This document shows positions 62,700-64,000 of a stretch of DNA of 64,000 bases, piece by piece. Each line of letters begins with the position of its first letter. Positions within the stretch are counted from its first letter, which is position 1. The notes under the pieces are model-generated. The model worked only from the letters and a program-made list of their open reading frames with translations. It searched no databases and was not told where the DNA came from. The stretch is from an uncultured Actinomycetota bacterium. GTDB taxonomy: Bacteria > Actinomycetota > Actinomycetes > JAHEKZ01. The translations under genes and the position numbers were made by a program. The stretch covers positions 160,001 through 224,000 of the forward strand of contig CAVURN010000001.1 in assembly GCA_963743915.1 (NCBI GenBank). The letters run 5' to 3'.

Positions 62700-63596
62700 C
62701 TATCGGCACACGGTGCGGTGCAGTCCCGCAACCTCCACCGAGACCACCCGGCTCGGGTCGTCGCCCTCGCTCACCACCAGGATCAGCGAGTCATCGGTCG
62801 TGGCCGGTGGGCAGGGGTCGACCGGCTGCAGCTGGACGGATGCACTTGCGCCCGCCGGGATGCGGGCGATGCAGGTGGCGTCGCACACCGGTTGTGGCAC
62901 GACGACGGCGATCCCGGACGCGGAACCCACGGCATGGACTGTCAGGGTTCGGTCACCCTTCCACGACAACCGAGAATCGCCGTCGTCGGTCAGGACCCCG
63001 GACAGGCCGTCCAGACGTCCGGCGTCGGACCGGGCGCCGTCGCAGAGCGCCCGCGCCGTGTGCTGGGGCTCGTCGAGACGCGGGTAGCTGCGCGCCGCGG
63101 CGAGGAAGTCCGCCGGTGAGGGCCACTGGGCCGGCAGGACGTCCGGGCAAGCGGTGAGCCGGTAGCGACCGCGAACCGTGATGGCGCCCTCGGACGTCAG
63201 CGTGACCGGCTCGGTCAACGGTGCCGTGCGACCGTCCGGGGCGACCACGGCGGTGGCGAGCAGCTCGAGTCCGAGCGGTGTGGCGGTCGGAGGCGCCACC
63301 TGCACGGTCCCGCCCTCGACCAGGCGGGACGTCTCGAGCACCTCGACGACCGCCCCGTCGACGGTGACCTCCCGCTCGCTCTCGACGAGCAGGCCAGGGG
63401 ACACGGGCGGCGTCGGGGACACCGACGAGGCAGCGGGATCCGGCGCGTCGGAGGCTGTGTCCGTACGGGTCATCCACCAGGCGGTGCCGCCCACGACCAG
63501 AAGGACCGCGGCGGCACCGAGCACCGGCAGCAGCGTGCCGCGTCGCGGTGACCGCGCCGGGGGAGCGCGGTGGCGACCTCCGGCAGCGTGGGACAC
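62700..63596 (-). CDS. Hypothetical membrane-anchored protein with Cys-containing extracellular domain
   Basis: One TM helix, Pro/Ser linker, six Cys in the C-terminal part; start approximate. Confidence 0.6.
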   Translation of the reverse strand: MSHAAGGRHRAPPARSPRRGTLLPVLGAAAVLLVVGGTAWWMTRTDTASDAPDPAASSVSPTPPVSPGLLVESEREVTVDGAVVEVLETSRLVEGGTVQVAPPTATPLGLELLATAVVAPDGRTAPLTEPVTLTSEGAITVRGRYRLTACPDVLPAQWPSPADFLAAARSYPRLDEPQHTARALCDGARSDAGRLDGLSGVLTDDGDSRLSWKGDRTLTVHAVGSASGIAVVVPQPVCDATCIARIPAGASASVQLQPVDPCPPATTDDSLILVVSEGDDPSRVVSVEVAGLHRTVCR

Positions 63597-63677
63597 CCCC
63601 ACAGTGTGCCGTCGAGCGGCCGACGCCGGGCGTCCAGGTGCGCACGACGAAGTGGTGAGGTGGGGCAGACTGCCCCC

Positions 63678-64000
63678 ATGCGACTCGTGGTGGCCCTCGG
63701 CGGAAATGCACTCCTCAAGCGTGGCGAACCCATGACGGTCGAGAACCAGCGGACGAACGTGAAGGTGGCTGCGGAGGCGCTCGCGCCCGTGGCGATGGAG
63801 CACGAGCTCGTCGTCACGCACGGCAACGGTCCGCAGGTCGGTCTCCTGGCGCTGCAGGGTGCGGCCTACCATCCGGACGAGGCGTTTCCGCTCGACGTGC
63901 TCGGTGCGGAGACGGAGGGCCTGATCGGCTACCTGATCGAGCAGGAGCTCGGGAACCTGCTGCCGTTCGAGAAGCCGCTCGCCACGCTGCTGACCATGGT
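63678..64000 (+). CDS. arcC: Carbamate kinase, 3' truncated by window edge (absent from the ORF track)
   Basis: [17 protein letters not shown]...[13 protein letters not shown]...[14 protein letters not shown]. Confidence 0.93.
   Translation, partial: MRLVVALGGNALLKRGEPMTVENQRTNVKVAAEALAPVAMEHELVVTHGNGPQVGLLALQGAAYHPDEAFPLDVLGAETEGLIGYLIEQELGNLLPFEKPLATLLTM

Overview
High-GC actinobacterial chromosome segment containing the core translation/transcription superlocus: 3' part of a nuoL-M-N cluster, htpX, yajQ, tRNA-Tyr/Thr/Met, rpmG, hadA/hadB-like dehydratases, murB, add, aspC, tRNA-Trp, secE-nusG-rplKA-rplJL, rpoBC, rpsLG-fusA-tuf, the S10/spc/alpha ribosomal protein operons, secY-adk-map, infA, rpoA-rplQ and truA. 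Accessory blocks sit between conserved genes: (i) a phytoene-dehydrogenase-like oxidoreductase behind a TetR-like palindrome, plus a large LuxR/AAA regulator with a divergent secreted protein; (ii) an SQR-DUF1641-TusE/DsrC-DsrE sulfur operon with a CsoR/CstR-type operator; (iii) a DUF559-like gene; (iv) between rplL and rpoB, a two-component system flanked by two Asp-rich low-complexity exported proteins and a soluble atypical Ser/Thr kinase, with 11-bp-period tandem boxes in the divergent promoter (best candidate for an undescribed system); (v) a duplicated rpoC 3'-end/terminator enclosing an esterase remnant; (vi) a TauE exporter with two CymR-like palindromes; (vii) an ECF sigma/anti-sigma/secreted protein cassette and the start of carbamate kinase. 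Many genes carry single-base frameshifts, including essential rpoC and conserved rplK, so most are probably assembly indel errors. All calls are from reading the sequence and recalled family motifs; no database searches were run.
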